A stretch of 46,749 bases of DNA, taken from contig JAPUKF010000292.1 in NCBI GenBank assembly GCA_027295805.1, positions 1 to 46,749 on the forward strand. The letters are read 5' to 3'. The notes beneath the pieces were generated by a model. The model was not told the origin of the DNA. It worked only from the letters and a program-made list of their open reading frames with translations, and ran no database searches. The stretch's first letter is position 1. Every line of letters begins with the position of its first letter. Shown piece by piece: positions 25,458-36,929 of the stretch. The DNA comes from Acidobacteriota bacterium. GTDB taxonomy: Bacteria > Acidobacteriota > Polarisedimenticolia > SMYD01. Position numbers and translations under genes: made by a program.

Positions 25458-27896
25458 CTAGGGAGCCTCTGCGCCGTCTGTCAAGGAGCAGGGCGCCCGT
25501 GAGGTGTGTACCTCCGGGGCCGGAGACTTCACCACCACGGTGATGGCGCCATGCAGGTCGGTTCGACAGATGGGGATCTGGCGCGCCTGCAGGCGCCCCA
25601 GAACTGCCGGATGGGGGTGGTCCCAGGGATTGGGCGAGCCCACCGAGATCACGGCCAGGCGCGGGTGGACCCAGTCCAGGAAGCGCGCGGCGGAGGATGT
25701 GCTGCTGCCATGATGGGGCACCTTGAGAACGGTTGTCGGCGGCAGCGGCACGCCGGCCAGAAGCCGATCTTCGCCGGCCTTCTCGATATCTCCAGTGAGA
25801 AGCAGCCCGCCCTCCCGTACAGCGATATGAAGGACCAGGGACTGGCGGTTGATATCAGTCCCCCGGGCCGACCATGCCGATAACAGGCAGGTGATGTGAG
25901 CGCCGGCACGCACAATTTCATCACCGGCATGAAAGACCCGCACGGCCACTCCATTGGCCACGGCGATGTCGGCAAGACGGCCCAGCAAGCGATCATTGCC
26001 GTCCAGGTGTGGCAGCCACAATTCATCCACGGGCATCTCTTCAAGGACTGCGCTCAGCCCTCCCCCGTGATCCTCATGAGGATGGGTCAGTACCACCATG
26101 GCCAGCCGCCTGATGCCGGCGTCCATCAGCGCCGGGAGGGTCACGAGACGCCCGAAATCGGCTGAGCTCCCCGGTCGTCCTCCACCGTCCACCAGCATGG
26201 CGTCACCGGCGGGAAGCCGTATCAGGAGAGCATCGCCCTGTCCCACGTCCAGGACGCGCATGACCAGAGGGCCCGCGGGGAGCGGTGCTGGCGGAAAGAG
26301 ACCTGCGATGATGGCCGCCTGGGTGAGGAACACCAGGGCCAGGCGCAGCCGAGTTTGAGCAGGTGGCAGGAAGAGAGCCAGCAGGGCAGCCAGCGTCAGG
26401 ATAGTCCGGCCCCGGGGCACGGGCCAGGCGCCACCGGGCAGAGCCGCGGCCGCCGTGGCCAGATGATGGAGGAGAGTCGCCGCCCACTCCAGGAGGTAAA
26501 CCGTGGGGATGGCCAGCACCGGGGCTCCGGCAGCGAGCAGCAGAGAGGCGAGGGCCAGAATCACGAGAAGGCTCGCCAGTGGCACAGCCAGCAGGTTCAC
26601 CAGGACGGCTCCCGGCACCGCCAGCCCGAAGTGCCAGGCTGTCAGGGGCAAGGCAGCAGCGGTCGCCACCGCCGAGAGACGTGCCGCCCCACGCAGCAGG
26701 AGCAACCGGCCGGAAGGGAATGCCGGGGCTGCTGCCTGATGCAGAATGGCTGCCGTGACCACGAAGGAGAGCTGAAAGCCGGCGTCCCGGGCCCAGCCCG
26801 GAGAGCAGGCCAGAAGAACGAGGCCAACCCCGCCGAGAGTATTCAGAGGCGAACTACGGCGTCCCCACAGGTGACCCGCCAACGGAACCACCCCCATTGC
26901 GACGGCGCGCAGGATCGAGGGCCGGGCAGGAAGCAGGAGGGCGTAAAGAGAGAGCCCGGCGAGCACGCTCCATGTGACCCGGCGGCGACCGCCACCGGAC
27001 CAGCGCAGGAGCAGGATGAGCCCGGTCGTCAGAGCCGTGAGGTGCAGCCCCGAGATGGCGAGGATATGGGACATCCCTCCCTGGCGCAGGAGATGAGTCA
27101 AGCGCGGATCGATCTCGCCCCGGACGCCAAGGCTCAGGGCCATGGCCAGGGCGGTGGTGCGCGGACTAGCGTTGCCCCGGGTCAGGGCCTGGCGCAGCCT
27201 CTTGCCGGCGAAGGCCCGGGTGTCACCGACGAGGCGGCGGAGTCCGCCTTTCCCCGGCCAGACCTGCTCGATGAGAAGTGAGCTCTTGAGCCGGCCTGAC
27301 AAGCCCCGGTCTGGTGAGATGGCAGGAGCCGTACCGTTGGCATAGTTGTGGGGACGGGAGAGGATCAGCCAGGCGCGCAACCGGTCTCCCTCGCGCAGCT
27401 CTGGTGGTGTTCCCGATCCATAAAGGCGCACCCGGTCACCGGCGGGGCGATGGATGTTGCCGCGTTCCACCGCCCGCAGGCGCAGAACGGCCATCCAGCC
27501 CCGCAGGCGTTGCTGGGGCCGGGCCAGAACCAGGGCATGGGCCAGCACAGGCGTGTTCAAGAGCAGACGCTGTTCACCAGGCGGCGCGGTGCTGAGGAAA
27601 TCTGTACCCCTCCCCTGGCCAGCCATCACTCCGGCGGCAAACAGGATGGGGAGGATGGCCAGGTAGCGGCGGCGACTGAGAAGGGCCAGGCCGGCGCCGG
27701 CCAGGCCCACAGCAGCGGCCTGGACGGGCAGTCGGACCAGAAGTCCGGGTAAAGCACAGAGGAGGCCCCAGAGGAGGAGGTTTTGGCGGATGCTCCGTAG
27801 ATGCTTCCGGTGGACCCGGGATGAGGTGGCTTCAGTCGCTGAGCAAGGACAGGCGTGGGAGTTTGAAGTGCCGGCGGAGAGCCGTGTCCAGCGCAT
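25458..27896 (-). CDS. comEC: DNA internalization competence protein ComEC/Rec2 (with C-terminal metallo-beta-lactamase domain)
   Basis: Polytopic competence domain (MSHILAISGLHL). C-terminal VLDVGQGDALLIRLPAGDAMLVDGGG and VVLTHPHEDHGGGL. TAG stop at 25458-25460. Confidence 0.88.
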   Translation of the reverse strand: MRWTRLSAGTSNSHACPCSATEATSSRVHRKHLRSIRQNLLLWGLLCALPGLLVRLPVQAAAVGLAGAGLALLSRRRYLAILPILFAAGVMAGQGRGTDFLSTAPPGEQRLLLNTPVLAHALVLARPQQRLRGWMAVLRLRAVERGNIHRPAGDRVRLYGSGTPPELREGDRLRAWLILSRPHNYANGTAPAISPDRGLSGRLKSSLLIEQVWPGKGGLRRLVGDTRAFAGKRLRQALTRGNASPRTTALAMALSLGVRGEIDPRLTHLLRQGGMSHILAISGLHLTALTTGLILLLRWSGGGRRRVTWSVLAGLSLYALLLPARPSILRAVAMGVVPLAGHLWGRRSSPLNTLGGVGLVLLACSPGWARDAGFQLSFVVTAAILHQAAAPAFPSGRLLLLRGAARLSAVATAAALPLTAWHFGLAVPGAVLVNLLAVPLASLLVILALASLLLAAGAPVLAIPTVYLLEWAATLLHHLATAAAALPGGAWPVPRGRTILTLAALLALFLPPAQTRLRLALVFLTQAAIIAGLFPPAPLPAGPLVMRVLDVGQGDALLIRLPAGDAMLVDGGGRPGSSADFGRLVTLPALMDAGIRRLAMVVLTHPHEDHGGGLSAVLEEMPVDELWLPHLDGNDRLLGRLADIAVANGVAVRVFHAGDEIVRAGAHITCLLSAWSARGTDINRQSLVLHIAVREGGLLLTGDIEKAGEDRLLAGVPLPPTTVLKVPHHGSSTSSAARFLDWVHPRLAVISVGSPNPWDHPHPAVLGRLQARQIPICRTDLHGAITVVVKSPAPEVHTSRAPCSLTDGAEAP

Positions 27897-28536
27897 GGCG
27901 GAGGGTGCGCTGACAAACCTCCTCGCTCATGCGCTGGCGGTAAGGAGCCAGGCGCTCCTGGCAGCGGGTGTACAGTGCGTCTTTCTCTGTGGCGGAGAGG
28001 CAGGCCTCCAGGCGGTCTATGAGCTCTCTCTCGTGCGCGGCCAGCCTCTCTTCCAGGACCGTGGGGTCGGTCCCGCCGGCTTGGAGGTCATGAGCAGCAG
28101 CCTGCATGGCCGTGATGGCCAGGCCGGCCGGCGCGCGCGCCGGCTCCGGCCAGTCGGCGGCGGCACGACTGAGACGGTCCGCCTTCTGGATAAGCCGTTG
28201 CCAGAGGGGTGGCCGCGTCTCGCCGCCGCCTCCTTGAGAACTGCTGCCGGCCATGGCCTCGAGATAGCGGCTGAATTCGGCCTCGACCTCGTGGCGGCAG
28301 TAAGACAGTGAAAACACAGGCTTGCGCCGGCCACGCGCAGCGGCGGTTTCCAGGACTTCCCGGATGGCGCGGGAGACCACCGGCAGCGGAATGTGACGCT
28401 CCAGCCAGGAGGCCGCCAGGTGCCAGTCGGCCGGTGAGAGCACCAGGGGTGCGCCCCGCATGCGTGAGAACTGTTCCTCGATGGCGGCGAAGTAGGTTTC
28501 ATGCTGGCCGCCCCCTTCCACCTCCCTGGAGGTCAT
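27832..28536 (-). CDS. Hypothetical protein with weak DnaD/DnaB_2-like N-terminal pattern
   Basis: LSPADWHLAASWLERHIPLPVVSRAIREVLETAAARGRRKPVFSLSYCRHEV resembles the 'lsp.e...l..W.....f..e.i..A...' pattern of DnaD C-terminal domains. ATG 28536 overlaps the PTP stop (ATGA). Confidence 0.55.
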   Translation of the reverse strand: MTSREVEGGGQHETYFAAIEEQFSRMRGAPLVLSPADWHLAASWLERHIPLPVVSRAIREVLETAAARGRRKPVFSLSYCRHEVEAEFSRYLEAMAGSSSQGGGGETRPPLWQRLIQKADRLSRAAADWPEPARAPAGLAITAMQAAAHDLQAGGTDPTVLEERLAAHERELIDRLEACLSATEKDALYTRCQERLAPYRQRMSEEVCQRTLRHALDTALRRHFKLPRLSLLSD

Positions 28537-28997
28537 GCCTCCAGATCCTCGGCGAAGCGATCCAGGCAGCTGCGGATGAGATGAAAACACTGCCGGAATG
28601 CTTCTCTCTCCATGCCCACCGGATCGAAAATGTCGTCGCCCCGGGCCAATCCCAGACCTTTGGGAACGTACTCGCTGAGAAGATGAATCTTCTTCACGTG
28701 TCCCGGGTACAGGGTGGCCAGGTAACGCCGGTGGCGCTTCTCCATGACCAGGATGATGTCTGCTTCTTCCACACTCTCGCGGGTCACGCCACGGGTGCTG
28801 TGCGCGCTGAGGTCGAGGCCGGCTTCACTGGCCACCACCGACACAGCCTCAGAAGCAGCCAGATCATCATGGATACCCAGGGTCCCGGCAGATGAGACCT
28901 TGTAGGAGGAGTTCTGCAGACCGAGGCGATGGCGCAAATAGATGTCGGCCATGGGTGAGCGACAGATGTTGCCGGAGCAGACGATGAGGATATTCAT
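28533..28997 (-). CDS. Low-molecular-weight protein tyrosine phosphatase
   Basis: MNILIVCSGNICRSPMA (C-X5-R-S P-loop) and a downstream DP motif (IFDPVG). Confidence 0.88.
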   Translation of the reverse strand: MNILIVCSGNICRSPMADIYLRHRLGLQNSSYKVSSAGTLGIHDDLAASEAVSVVASEAGLDLSAHSTRGVTRESVEEADIILVMEKRHRRYLATLYPGHVKKIHLLSEYVPKGLGLARGDDIFDPVGMEREAFRQCFHLIRSCLDRFAEDLEA

Positions 28998-29025
28998 GCT
29001 GTGATGATAGACAACAGGCTCAAGC

Positions 29026-29820
29026 TCAGCAACGCGCCGCCTCAGGACGGTTCCGGTTCCAGAGCAGGCGCAGTCCCGCCAGGGTCAGGTCCGGTTCGAT
29101 GGTGCTCAGAACGGAACATGAGTCGGCCAGGGCAGCCGCATGGCCGCCGGTAGCGACCACCGTCACTCCTGCGCCTGCGGGGGGCGCCAGTTCCATGCCG
29201 ATGCGCTCCACCAGGCCCTCCACCAGGGCCGCATACCCATGGAGCAGGCCCGATTGTATGGATGCCACCGTGTTGCGGCCGATGACATGGCGCGGGCGAG
29301 TCAGTTCAACCCGCGGCAGTTTGGCGGCGCGCTGGAAGAGCGCTTCCGCGCCGATGCCGATTCCTGGAGCGATGACACCTCCCAGGTACTCACCGCGGGC
29401 GCTGATGGCATCGAAGGTTGTGGCCGTGCCGAAATCGACCACGATGGTCGGCCCGCCATGGCGGGCATAGGCTGCCACGGCGGTGACAATGCGGTCGGCG
29501 CCAACTTCCTGGGGATTGTCGGTGAGGATGGGCAAACCGGTCTTGATGCCCGGTTCGATGAAGAGGGGTGTCACGGCGAAGATCTTGCCTGCCATTTCGT
29601 CGATGGAGGCGCGCACCTGGGGCACCACACAGCAGGCTGCCAGGCCATGGACACGGTCCGTCGTGATGCCGTCCCCTGCCAGGAAGCCGCGCAGGATCAG
29701 CCCGTATTCATCACTGCTCCGTTCATGGCGCGTGCCCAGCCGCCACGGGCCCATGAGACGATCGTCCTGGTAAACCCCGGCGGTGATGGTTGTATTGCCG
29801 ATGTCAAGAACCAGGAGCAC
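29026..29820 (-). CDS. coaX: Type III pantothenate kinase (CoaX/Baf)
   Basis: (M)LLVLDIGNTTITAGVY, GADRIV, VVDFGTATTFD, ATGGHA. GTG 29820 was chosen because the ORF further upstream overlaps the birA C-terminus. Confidence 0.88.
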   Translation of the reverse strand: MLLVLDIGNTTITAGVYQDDRLMGPWRLGTRHERSSDEYGLILRGFLAGDGITTDRVHGLAACCVVPQVRASIDEMAGKIFAVTPLFIEPGIKTGLPILTDNPQEVGADRIVTAVAAYARHGGPTIVVDFGTATTFDAISARGEYLGGVIAPGIGIGAEALFQRAAKLPRVELTRPRHVIGRNTVASIQSGLLHGYAALVEGLVERIGMELAPPAGAGVTVVATGGHAAALADSCSVLSTIEPDLTLAGLRLLWNRNRPEAARC

Positions 29821-30670
29821 GTCGTTTGCCTCCTCGAACTCGCCGGATTTCGCCGAAAGCAACCCGTTCCAAGCCGCCGTCTGCGCATTGGATGAGGAGA
29901 GCGCCATCATCATCAATGCCTCTGGTTGTGCCGTGCAAGCTCTTCCCTGGACCGCCGACAACTTCCACCGGTGTCCCCTGGTGAGAGGGGGAGAGCTTGC
30001 GCCACGTGTCGAGGATATCCACCAGGTTGCCCGTTCTCATGAGGGCGTATCCGCGCTCCAGTTCCTCCAGGATGGCTTGAATGATGTTGGCCCGCGAGTA
30101 GCGTCGGCCGGCGGACATGGCCAGGGATGTCGCGGTCTCCGTCAACTCGGAGGGCAGATCCGCGGGCATGTTGTTCACATTGATCCCGATGCCGATGATC
30201 ACTTCCCGCGGGTGGCCCCGGCCGCTGCGGATGTCGGTGAGAATTCCGGCGATCTTCCTGCCTCGCAGTGTCAGGTCGTTGGGCCAGTGGATGAAGACAG
30301 GCAGGCCGGACACCCGGCGCAGGGCACGTGCCGTGGCCACCGCCGGTAGAAAGGTATACAGGAAGAGCGGGGTGCCGCTGGTGTCGGGTCGCAGGAGCAG
30401 TGACATGTAAATACCCACTCCGGCCGGGGATATCCACCTTCGGTTGAGACGGCCGCGTCCCGCCGTCTGTTCATTGGCCAGGACCACGGTGCCCTCAGGT
30501 TCACCACGGCTGGCAGCCTGACGCAGAGTGTTATTGGTGGAATCGACACTTTCATAATAGAGGATGCGCCGGCCAAAAATCTTCGGCGTGTAATCGGTGC
30601 GCACTGCTTCGGGTGTGATGGGATCAGGGAGACGAGCGCCCAGGTTGAAGTGTGGTCCCTCAGGCGTCAT
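29804..30670 (-). CDS. birA: Biotin--[acetyl-CoA-carboxylase] ligase
   Basis: ANEQTAGRGRLNRRWISPAGVGIYMSLLL (GRGRxxRxW), KWPND-like HWPNDL, and a C-terminal SH3-like end. Confidence 0.9.
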   Translation of the reverse strand: MTPEGPHFNLGARLPDPITPEAVRTDYTPKIFGRRILYYESVDSTNNTLRQAASRGEPEGTVVLANEQTAGRGRLNRRWISPAGVGIYMSLLLRPDTSGTPLFLYTFLPAVATARALRRVSGLPVFIHWPNDLTLRGRKIAGILTDIRSGRGHPREVIIGIGINVNNMPADLPSELTETATSLAMSAGRRYSRANIIQAILEELERGYALMRTGNLVDILDTWRKLSPSHQGTPVEVVGGPGKSLHGTTRGIDDDGALLIQCADGGLERVAFGEIRRVRGGKRRAPGS

Positions 30671-31538
30671 GGCGGATCTCCGTGGGAGTCAGATCCATGG
30701 AGAGATCCACCACCGGCGCTGAATGAGTCACGAAGCCGACGGAAATGCGATCCACACCCGTGGCAGCATACAGGGGCAGGGTTTCCATGGTGATTCCCCC
30801 GGATGCCTCGAGGAGTACCCGTCGGCGGGTAGCCATCACTGCCTGGGCGACCTGCTCAGGAGAGAAATTATCCAGCAGCACGATCTGGGCGCCGGCGGTG
30901 ATGACAGCCTCCAATTGGCCCGGCTCATCGATCTCGACCTCGATGAGCAGGTGCGAAGGCGCCAGGCGCCGGGCACGGGCAACGGCCTGCTCCGCCGAGC
31001 CGCACAGGGCGATGTGATTGTCCTTGATGAGGATGCCATTGGCCAGGGACGTGCGATGGGGGGCGAAACCTCCGGCTTCGGCAGCCCGTCGTTGCAGGTG
31101 GCGCAGCCCTGGGAGTGTTTTGCGGGTGGCCAGGAGCTGGACCTTGCTCCCTGCCACGGCCTGGACGGCCTGACGGGCCAGAGTGGCAATGCCGCACAGA
31201 TGCTGGAGAAAATTCAAGGCTGTGCGCTCGGCGGACAGGATCCCGGCGCCGGAGCCCTGGACAGTCAGGATCACCGCCCCCGCCGGAAGCCGGTCTCCCT
31301 CCCCTGCCGCTGCACGGATGTCAAGCCCGGCATCGGCAGCCCGAAAGACTTCCACGGCGATATCCACGCCACTGATGACCACCGGCTCACGGCTACGGAT
31401 GCAGGCGGAGCCCGGGTGGTCCGGCTTCAACAGGGCCATGGTGGTGACATCATGCCCCGCCTCATCCTCCAGGAGGGCATGACGAGCCAGCTCTGCAAGG
31501 GACTCTTGAAGTGAGGTTGCAAGCGGCACGGTGTTCAT
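30660..31538 (-). CDS. nadC: Nicotinate-nucleotide pyrophosphorylase [carboxylating] (quinolinate phosphoribosyltransferase)
   Basis: ERTALNFLQHLCGIATL, ATRKTLPGLRHLQRRAAEAGG, HRTSLANGILIKDNHI, LLDNFSP, EASGGI. Confidence 0.9.
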   Translation of the reverse strand: MNTVPLATSLQESLAELARHALLEDEAGHDVTTMALLKPDHPGSACIRSREPVVISGVDIAVEVFRAADAGLDIRAAAGEGDRLPAGAVILTVQGSGAGILSAERTALNFLQHLCGIATLARQAVQAVAGSKVQLLATRKTLPGLRHLQRRAAEAGGFAPHRTSLANGILIKDNHIALCGSAEQAVARARRLAPSHLLIEVEIDEPGQLEAVITAGAQIVLLDNFSPEQVAQAVMATRRRVLLEASGGITMETLPLYAATGVDRISVGFVTHSAPVVDLSMDLTPTEIRHDA

Positions 31539-31548
31539 GACCCGCGAT

Positions 31549-32337
31549 TCAGTCCGGTGAAGGAGCGCCGCTGCCCCGGCCGGTCCCCTGATTCGGCTCG
31601 GCTTCCAGCTCCCGCAATCGTTGCCGGACCACCCTTTCGACCGTCTCACGCAACGCTTCATCCAGCGCGTTGCCCGCAGGTTCCTTCTGATTTTCCAGCA
31701 GGCGCAGGACACCGGCCACCACCGGCTCCACAAGGCGTTGCGTCAGCGGCTCAATCAGGCGACGCACCAGTTCATCCGTACCCGATCCGTCGCGCTGGGT
31801 GGCAGCGGCGCGAGAGGGCGCAGGTTGAGGCATGGAGGGGAATAAGCCGGGCAGCTGGCCGGGGAGGAGATCCGCGGCGCTGATATCCAGGGGTTCGCCT
31901 TCGGGAGGAGTCGGTTCGGAGCCTTCCGGCTTGGCAGATGGCGCCGGAATCTTCTCCATGAGCTGTCGGATCTCCTCCGCGCGAAATGGTTTGGTGATGA
32001 CATCATCGGCGCCCGCGGCCCGGGCTCTCTCCTCATCGAATGGCTCGAAGATGCCGCTGAGAAGGAAGACCGGGGGCCGCTCTCCCCGTTTCCCAAGAGT
32101 GATCTGGCGGCACAGATCGTATCCGGGACGCCCGGGCAGGACCACGTCACAGAGAACCAGGTCGGGCTTCTCCCTGGCCAGAATCGATTCGGCACTGTCG
32201 ACGTCGCCACAGGCGATGACCTGGATGCCGGGAATCTCCGCCAGCGCCTCACGCACCGCTTGCTGGATACTGAGGCTGTCATCGACAACCAGAACCCGGC
32301 GCACCGGCACGGCCGGCGCGTCAGTCCCGCTGGACAT
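31549..32337 (-). CDS. Response-regulator receiver protein with an uncharacterised Pro-rich/helical C-terminal region
   Basis: RVLVVDDS..., [11 protein letters not shown] (phospho-acceptor Asp), LLSG, ITKPF. About 150 C-terminal residues have no recognisable output domain. ATG 32337 overlaps the upstream gene by 17 nt. Confidence 0.85.
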   Translation of the reverse strand: MSSGTDAPAVPVRRVLVVDDSLSIQQAVREALAEIPGIQVIACGDVDSAESILAREKPDLVLCDVVLPGRPGYDLCRQITLGKRGERPPVFLLSGIFEPFDEERARAAGADDVITKPFRAEEIRQLMEKIPAPSAKPEGSEPTPPEGEPLDISAADLLPGQLPGLFPSMPQPAPSRAAATQRDGSGTDELVRRLIEPLTQRLVEPVVAGVLRLLENQKEPAGNALDEALRETVERVVRQRLRELEAEPNQGTGRGSGAPSPD

Positions 32338-32761
32338 GCGTTTCCTCCAGGTTCCGGGGTGGCACATGATCGCGGACGAACTGAACGATGCTGGGCAGTG
32401 TAGCGCCGGGGGTGAAGATCTCCAGCACACCGGCCTCCTTCAACCTGGGGATATCATCATCAGGGATGATGCCGCCTCCCAGAACTTTGATATCCCCCGC
32501 GTGCTGGTCACGAAGAAGCTCCAGGACCTTGGGAAAGAGGGTCATGTGAGCGCCGGAGAGGATGGAGAGGCAGAGCGCGTCCACATCCTCCTGGATGGCG
32601 GTCTGGACCACCATCTCGGGTGTCTGGTGCAGGCCCGTGTAGATGACCTCGAACCCGCCGTCTCGCAGCGCCCTGGCGATCACCTTGGCGCCGCGATCGT
32701 GGCCGTCAAGGCCGACCTTCCCCACCAGCAGTCTGACTTTTCGTTCTGAGTTCATCTTCAT
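32321..32761 (-). CDS. Acyl-CoA mutase small subunit (cobalamin-binding domain)
   Basis: [34 protein letters not shown] (DxHxxG B12-binding motif), ...LSILSGAH...GGGIIP. Confidence 0.9.
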   Translation of the reverse strand: MKMNSERKVRLLVGKVGLDGHDRGAKVIARALRDGGFEVIYTGLHQTPEMVVQTAIQEDVDALCLSILSGAHMTLFPKVLELLRDQHAGDIKVLGGGIIPDDDIPRLKEAGVLEIFTPGATLPSIVQFVRDHVPPRNLEETHVQRD

Positions 32762-32787
32762 CTCCTGCCGGTGCGACCCCGAGGGGT

Positions 32788-34425
<1,638 letters not shown>

Positions 34426-34441
34426 ATCCGAGCTTCTCCGT

Positions 34442-35587
34442 TCAGCCGGCCAGTACAGCCCGCGAGATGACGATGCGCTGGACTTCCGAGGTGCCTTCGT
34501 AAAGACTGGTTACCCGCGCATCCCGATAGAAGCGTTCCACGGGGTAGTCCCGGGAATAGCCGTAGCCGCCGTGGATCTGGACGGCCTTGTAGGCGACCCG
34601 GTTGCACATCTCAGAGGCGTAGAGCTTGGCCATGGCGGCTTCGGGCCCGACCCCGTCGTGGTCCTCATCTCGCCGGGACGCAGCCCTCAGGGTCAGGAGT
34701 CGCGCGGCGTCGATTTCAGTCGCGCAGTCTGCAATTTGAAAGGCGATGGCCTGGTGCTGGGCAATGGGCTTGCCGAAGGCAGTGCGCTCACGGGCGTATT
34801 TCACCGCCTCCTCATAGGCCCCCGTGGCAATGCCCACGGACTGGGCCGCGATGCCGATGCGGCCGCCGTCCAGGGCATTGAGGGGAATGCGCATGCCGTC
34901 GCCTTCTTTGCCCAGGAGGTTGGCAACGGGCACCTGGCAATCATCCAGGACCACAGAGGAAGTGCACGATGCGCGCAGTCCCATTTTTTCTTCTTTTATA
35001 GAAAAGCTGAAGCCGGGCATGTCCGGGGTGACGATGAAGGCCGAGATACCGCCACGGGCGGCCTGGGGATCCGTCACTGCTATGACGATGAAAACCTTGC
35101 CCACGTGGGCATTGGTCACCCAGACCTTGGTGCCATTGAGAACATAATGGTCCCCCTGGCGTACGGCGCGTGTTTTCTGGTTGGTGGCGTCGGAGCCTGC
35201 CTGGGGTTCGGTCAGGCAGAATCCGCCGATAATCTTGCCGCTGGCCAGGGGACGCAGGTAACGTTCTTTCTGCTCCTTGTTGCCGAACCGCCAGATAGGA
35301 TAGGCGCAGACGGAGTTGCTCACTGAGAGAGTGACCGCGCTGGAGGGGCAGACCCGTGCTATCTCCATGAGGGCGACAGCGTACGAGACCGTATCGAGGC
35401 CGGAGCCGCCCCACTCCTCTGGCACGATCATGCCGAGAAGTCCCAGTTCGCCGGCGTGGGCTATTTCGGCATGGGGAAAGCTGCCTTCCCGATCCCGTTT
35501 CATGACTTCAGGCGCCAGGACCTGGTCGGCAAAATCGGCCACCATCTGGCGGAGCATCTCCTGCTCATCGTTGAGACGGAAGTCCAT
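34442..35587 (-). CDS. Acyl-CoA dehydrogenase
   Basis: [16 protein letters not shown]..., [47 protein letters not shown]. Confidence 0.92.
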   Translation of the reverse strand: MDFRLNDEQEMLRQMVADFADQVLAPEVMKRDREGSFPHAEIAHAGELGLLGMIVPEEWGGSGLDTVSYAVALMEIARVCPSSAVTLSVSNSVCAYPIWRFGNKEQKERYLRPLASGKIIGGFCLTEPQAGSDATNQKTRAVRQGDHYVLNGTKVWVTNAHVGKVFIVIAVTDPQAARGGISAFIVTPDMPGFSFSIKEEKMGLRASCTSSVVLDDCQVPVANLLGKEGDGMRIPLNALDGGRIGIAAQSVGIATGAYEEAVKYARERTAFGKPIAQHQAIAFQIADCATEIDAARLLTLRAASRRDEDHDGVGPEAAMAKLYASEMCNRVAYKAVQIHGGYGYSRDYPVERFYRDARVTSLYEGTSEVQRIVISRAVLAG

Positions 35588-35591
35588 GTCC

Positions 35592-36737
35592 CTACGCTCC
35601 CTTGAGCAGCCCTGCGGCGATCACCACGCGTTGGATCTCCGACGTGCCTTCGTAAATCTCGGTGATCTTGGCATCCCGGTAGAGCCGCTCCACCGGGTAT
35701 TCGTTGATATATCCATAACCACCGTAGATCTGCACCGCTTCACGGGTGGCGGCCACACAGGCCTCCGCCGCCATGAGCTTGGCCATGGCCGATTCCTGGC
35801 TGAAGCGGCGGCCGCTGTCTTTGGCGGCGGCCGCGTGGTAGGTCAGCATGCGGGAGGCTTCCACAGCCACGGCCATGTCGGCCAGCTTGAACTGAATCGC
35901 CTGCAGATCGGCGATGGGCTTCCCGAACGCCTTCCGCTCCCGGGCATAGGACAGGGCATGATCCAGGGCCGACTGGGCAATGCCCACGGCCTGGGCAGCG
36001 ATACCGATACGGCCGCCGTCCAGGGTGGACATTGCGACCTTGAACCCCTCACCCACGGCGCCCAGGCGGTGTTCTTCACTCAGGCGGACATTGTCAAAGA
36101 CGATCTCGACCGAACCTGAGGCCGTGATGCCCATTTTGGTCTCATGTTTGCCGATGCCATAGCCGGGCGTATCCTTATCCACCAGGAAGGCGGTGAGTCC
36201 CCTGTGGCCCTTGCTGCGGTCGGTGTTGGCAAAGACGATGGCGCTGTCGGCCGCAATACCGTTGGTGACGAAAATCTTGCTCCCCTTGAGCACCCAGGTA
36301 TCCCCATCCCGCACCGCCATGGTGCGGAGGGACGCGGCGTCGGATCCCGCGTGGGGTTCGGTGAGGCAGTAGCAGCCGATCTTTTCACCCAAGGCAAACG
36401 GCTTCAGCCAGCGTTCTTTCTGGGTGTCTGTGCCGTAGCGTTGCACCGGATCGCAATACAGGGAGTTGTTGACCGAGATGATCACGCCGGTGGTGGCGCA
36501 AGCACGGGACAGCTCTTCAATCGCGATGACATAGGAGATGCTGTCCAGTCCCGTACCGCCCCACTCTTCGGGAACCATCATGCCGGTGAGATTCAGAGCC
36601 GCACACTTGCGAAACGTATCGCGCGGGAACTCGCGAGTGCGGTCAATTTCCGCAGCCAAGGGAGCGATCTCGGTGCGCGCGAACTCCCGCACCATGTCGC
36701 GGATAAGGCGTTGTTCCTCGGTGAGTCGAAAATCCAT
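35592..36737 (-). CDS. Acyl-CoA dehydrogenase (paralogue)
   Basis: MDFRLTEEQRLIRDMV..., GCYCLTEPHAGSD, QIYGGYGYINEYPVERLYRDAKITEIYEGTSEIQ. ATG 36737 chosen; the upstream part of the ORF is non-homologous. Confidence 0.92.
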   Translation of the reverse strand: MDFRLTEEQRLIRDMVREFARTEIAPLAAEIDRTREFPRDTFRKCAALNLTGMMVPEEWGGTGLDSISYVIAIEELSRACATTGVIISVNNSLYCDPVQRYGTDTQKERWLKPFALGEKIGCYCLTEPHAGSDAASLRTMAVRDGDTWVLKGSKIFVTNGIAADSAIVFANTDRSKGHRGLTAFLVDKDTPGYGIGKHETKMGITASGSVEIVFDNVRLSEEHRLGAVGEGFKVAMSTLDGGRIGIAAQAVGIAQSALDHALSYARERKAFGKPIADLQAIQFKLADMAVAVEASRMLTYHAAAAKDSGRRFSQESAMAKLMAAEACVAATREAVQIYGGYGYINEYPVERLYRDAKITEIYEGTSEIQRVVIAAGLLKGA

Positions 36738-36877
36738 GAGGCGCCCTTTCTCGTTGAACAGGGCAACATGATGCCGGAACATCGTGACGCCAGAGTCGTT
36801 GTGAGGCGAAGGGAAATCAACCCGGCTCCGCGATGCCCCCGTCATGGACCGAGGCATCATCCCTTCGGAGACGGTAA

Positions 36878-36907
36878 AGTGTATCAACGGAAGTCCATGC
36901 CCGTCAA
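36878..36907 (-). promoter_or_regulatory. Possible sigma-70-type promoter for the acyl-CoA dehydrogenase/mutase operon
   Basis: Minus strand: TTGACG (36907-36902), 18-nt spacer, TACACT (36883-36878). Implies a leader of roughly 135 nt. Confidence 0.3.
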
Positions 36908-36929
36908 GGACATGGGACGCCTGTGGAGG

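Noticed and set aside
36763-36777. Sigma-54-like element on the minus strand (GGCAT-catg-TTGC) 26 nt upstream of the acyl-CoA dehydrogenase ATG
   Set aside because: The spacing between the GG and GC dinucleotides is one nucleotide short of the strict -24/-12 geometry (TGGCACG-N4-TTGC), and the -24 box reads CGGCAT.
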